DNA of 64,000 nucleotides, from the NCBI GenBank assembly GCA_052327205.1, contig CM126223.1, positions 64,790,001 through 64,854,000 on the forward strand, in the 5' to 3' direction. Made by a program: the position numbers and the translations under genes. Shown here piece after piece: positions 62,319 through 64,000 of the stretch. A model generated the notes under the pieces. The model was given only the letters and a program-made list of their open reading frames with translations, was not told the origin of the DNA and did no database searches. Positions within the stretch are counted from its first letter, which is position 1. Each line of letters opens with the position of its first letter. The stretch comes from Somniosus microcephalus. Its lineage: Eukaryota.

Positions 62319-63559
62319 TATCTACTCTCCCACAGGTCCATCAAGAGCACCCCCCTCCCCATTGTCCAGGAGCAAAAGGAAGATGACTCCTCAGAGGAGC
62401 CTCCAGCCTCTGAGGGCGCACCAGCGCAGAGATGCACACTATGGTGGGTCCCTCGCAAGATAGAGTAGTGTAGTCACCGGGTCTGTCACAAGTCAGCAAC
62501 AGCAGATGGTGGAGACAGAGACAGCAATGGAGACTCCTCGTCGGAGGGTGCAGGACTCTCCCAACTGCATGCAGACGCTGAGCCTCGGGGGCCATCCTGG
62601 AGCTGAAGGAACAAGTGCAAGAGGCTCTGACAGGTTTTGCGAGTGTGATGTCTGCAAATGTTGAGAATGGAGGAGTCCATCTCTAACACGAGCAAGGCCG
62701 TGTCACAGGCAATGGCGACTGTAGGCTCCTCCATGGATAAGATGGCCATTTACATGGAGCAGCTAATGCACCACGCACAGGAGCACATGGTCTCTAAGGA
62801 GCATAGATGGCCATCTATGGAGAATAGATGGCAGAGGCTCATAGGCCTCCTCTCTACGAGGGTTGTCAGAGGTAGACGTGGGTCTTCATGGCCCCACTGA
62901 TGTGCAGCAAGGTGCCCTCCAGCCCCTTGCTAGCAGGGAAGTGCAGGTGGCCCATGAGGAGGATGATGGTGAGAGGGGACATGGAAGTGGGCACTCCTCT
63001 CAAAGCACTCACTTCTCCCCCATTGCTACCCCCTCAGTCAGAGCCCCAGATGCCTCCCTGAACAGCGATGGCTGAGTCTGCCCCTGCACAGTCGCAGGAG
63101 GAGCAGACTTTGTAGGGGCCATCACAGGCTCCAAAACCCAGAGGGCAGCCGCCAAAGGTGTTTAAGCAGTCGCAACAGGGAAGTGAGCAGGCTGCCTGTA
63201 CCTCTGCTGAAGCAACAAGGGTAGCACCACGTAGAAGCACGCGGAAGAGAAATATGCCACACAAGTAGATTCACAAGGGTAGCCACTTGGGTGTTTTATT
63301 CAATGTTAATGTGGAGTTTCAGTTAATGTCATGTGAACCATAAATTCATTTATTTTCAAAACTTTTCAGTCTTGGACAAATTTGTGCACACCTTTGGAAG
63401 TGGCTTAGTTAGTTGGAGTGAAGGGTCAGACATAACGTTACCCTCAGCAATAGTGGTGACTGTGAAAGGAATGGATTAGTCATTGCTGGGATGCTTTATG
63501 GTGTGGCTGTGGGGTGTTGCCAACCTGGCAATGCATGTGGCAGCCATATGGGTGTACTT

Positions 63560-64000
63560 CATAAAGTTAAGTAAATCTGGCCATGATGAGGCCATCCCTG
63601 GCAGCAATGTGCTCGAGTGCTGGTGCCATCTACACCACAGGTTCCTCCAGCTCTTGTTCCTGCTCCTCCGAAGAGACTGTGCGCTCAGTGCATTGCTCCT
63701 CGTGCAGCGCTAATCCTCGCTGCTGTGCTATGTTGTGCAGGGCGCAGCAGACCACGATGATTCTGGAGACCCTGGCTGGTGCATACTGAAAGGCTCCTCC
63801 AGATCTATTCAGGCATCTGAAGCACATTTTGAGTGTGCCTATTGTTTGCTCTATGACACATCTGGGGGAGATTTGGCTTTCATTATATCACTCCTCGGCC
63901 TCAGTACCTGGCCTCCTCAAGAGTGTCATGAGCCACGTCTTCAGTGGATAGCCCTCGTCTCCAAGCAGCCAGTCGGAAAGTCTGGTTGGAAGTACAAAGA
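63560..64000 (-). pseudogene. HARBI1-like DDE transposase C-terminal part, with an in-frame stop
   Basis: [72 protein letters not shown]; TGA at 63888-63890. Confidence 0.88.

Larger units (their letters stand above)
60947..64000. mobile_element. Decayed PIF/Harbinger DNA transposon of the two-gene autonomous type, running off the window
   Basis: Myb/SANT-like gene on + converging on a HARBI1-like DDE transposase on -; candidate left end ggctggtattttccc. Confidence 0.85.

Overview
Vertebrate genomic DNA, very probably from a cartilaginous fish (shark) judging by its repeat families; nothing here is prokaryotic. Two genes lie tail-to-tail, as they do in human. On the + strand are the last three coding exons of TP53I13 (585-791, 2445-3780, 7692-7804). 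On the - strand are the last nine coding exons of GIT1, the ARF-GAP scaffold (55177 down to the stop at 19370), followed by a long 3' UTR with no recognisable transposons. I checked splice phases by hand and all exons join in frame. The rest is transposon-rich intron and intergenic DNA. It includes young and nested CR1 LINEs, L2 and other CR1-group remnants, an RTE fragment, DeuSINE-type SINEs, and a Penelope-like insertion with a 13-bp target-site duplication (TSD) and a decayed hammerhead motif. It also has Tigger/pogo-type and PIF/Harbinger-type MITEs and a decayed two-gene Harbinger transposon at the right edge. Most ORFs in the supplied track are spurious or transposon-derived. I do not see a clearly new multi-gene system. 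The best leads are a MITE family carrying RFX X-box palindromes, long inverted CR1 pairs inside one GIT1 intron, a ~175-bp element duplicated on both sides of the GIT1 terminal coding exon, possible alternative splicing of GIT1, and an unusually large TP53I13 exon. Coordinates of degraded repeats are approximate.
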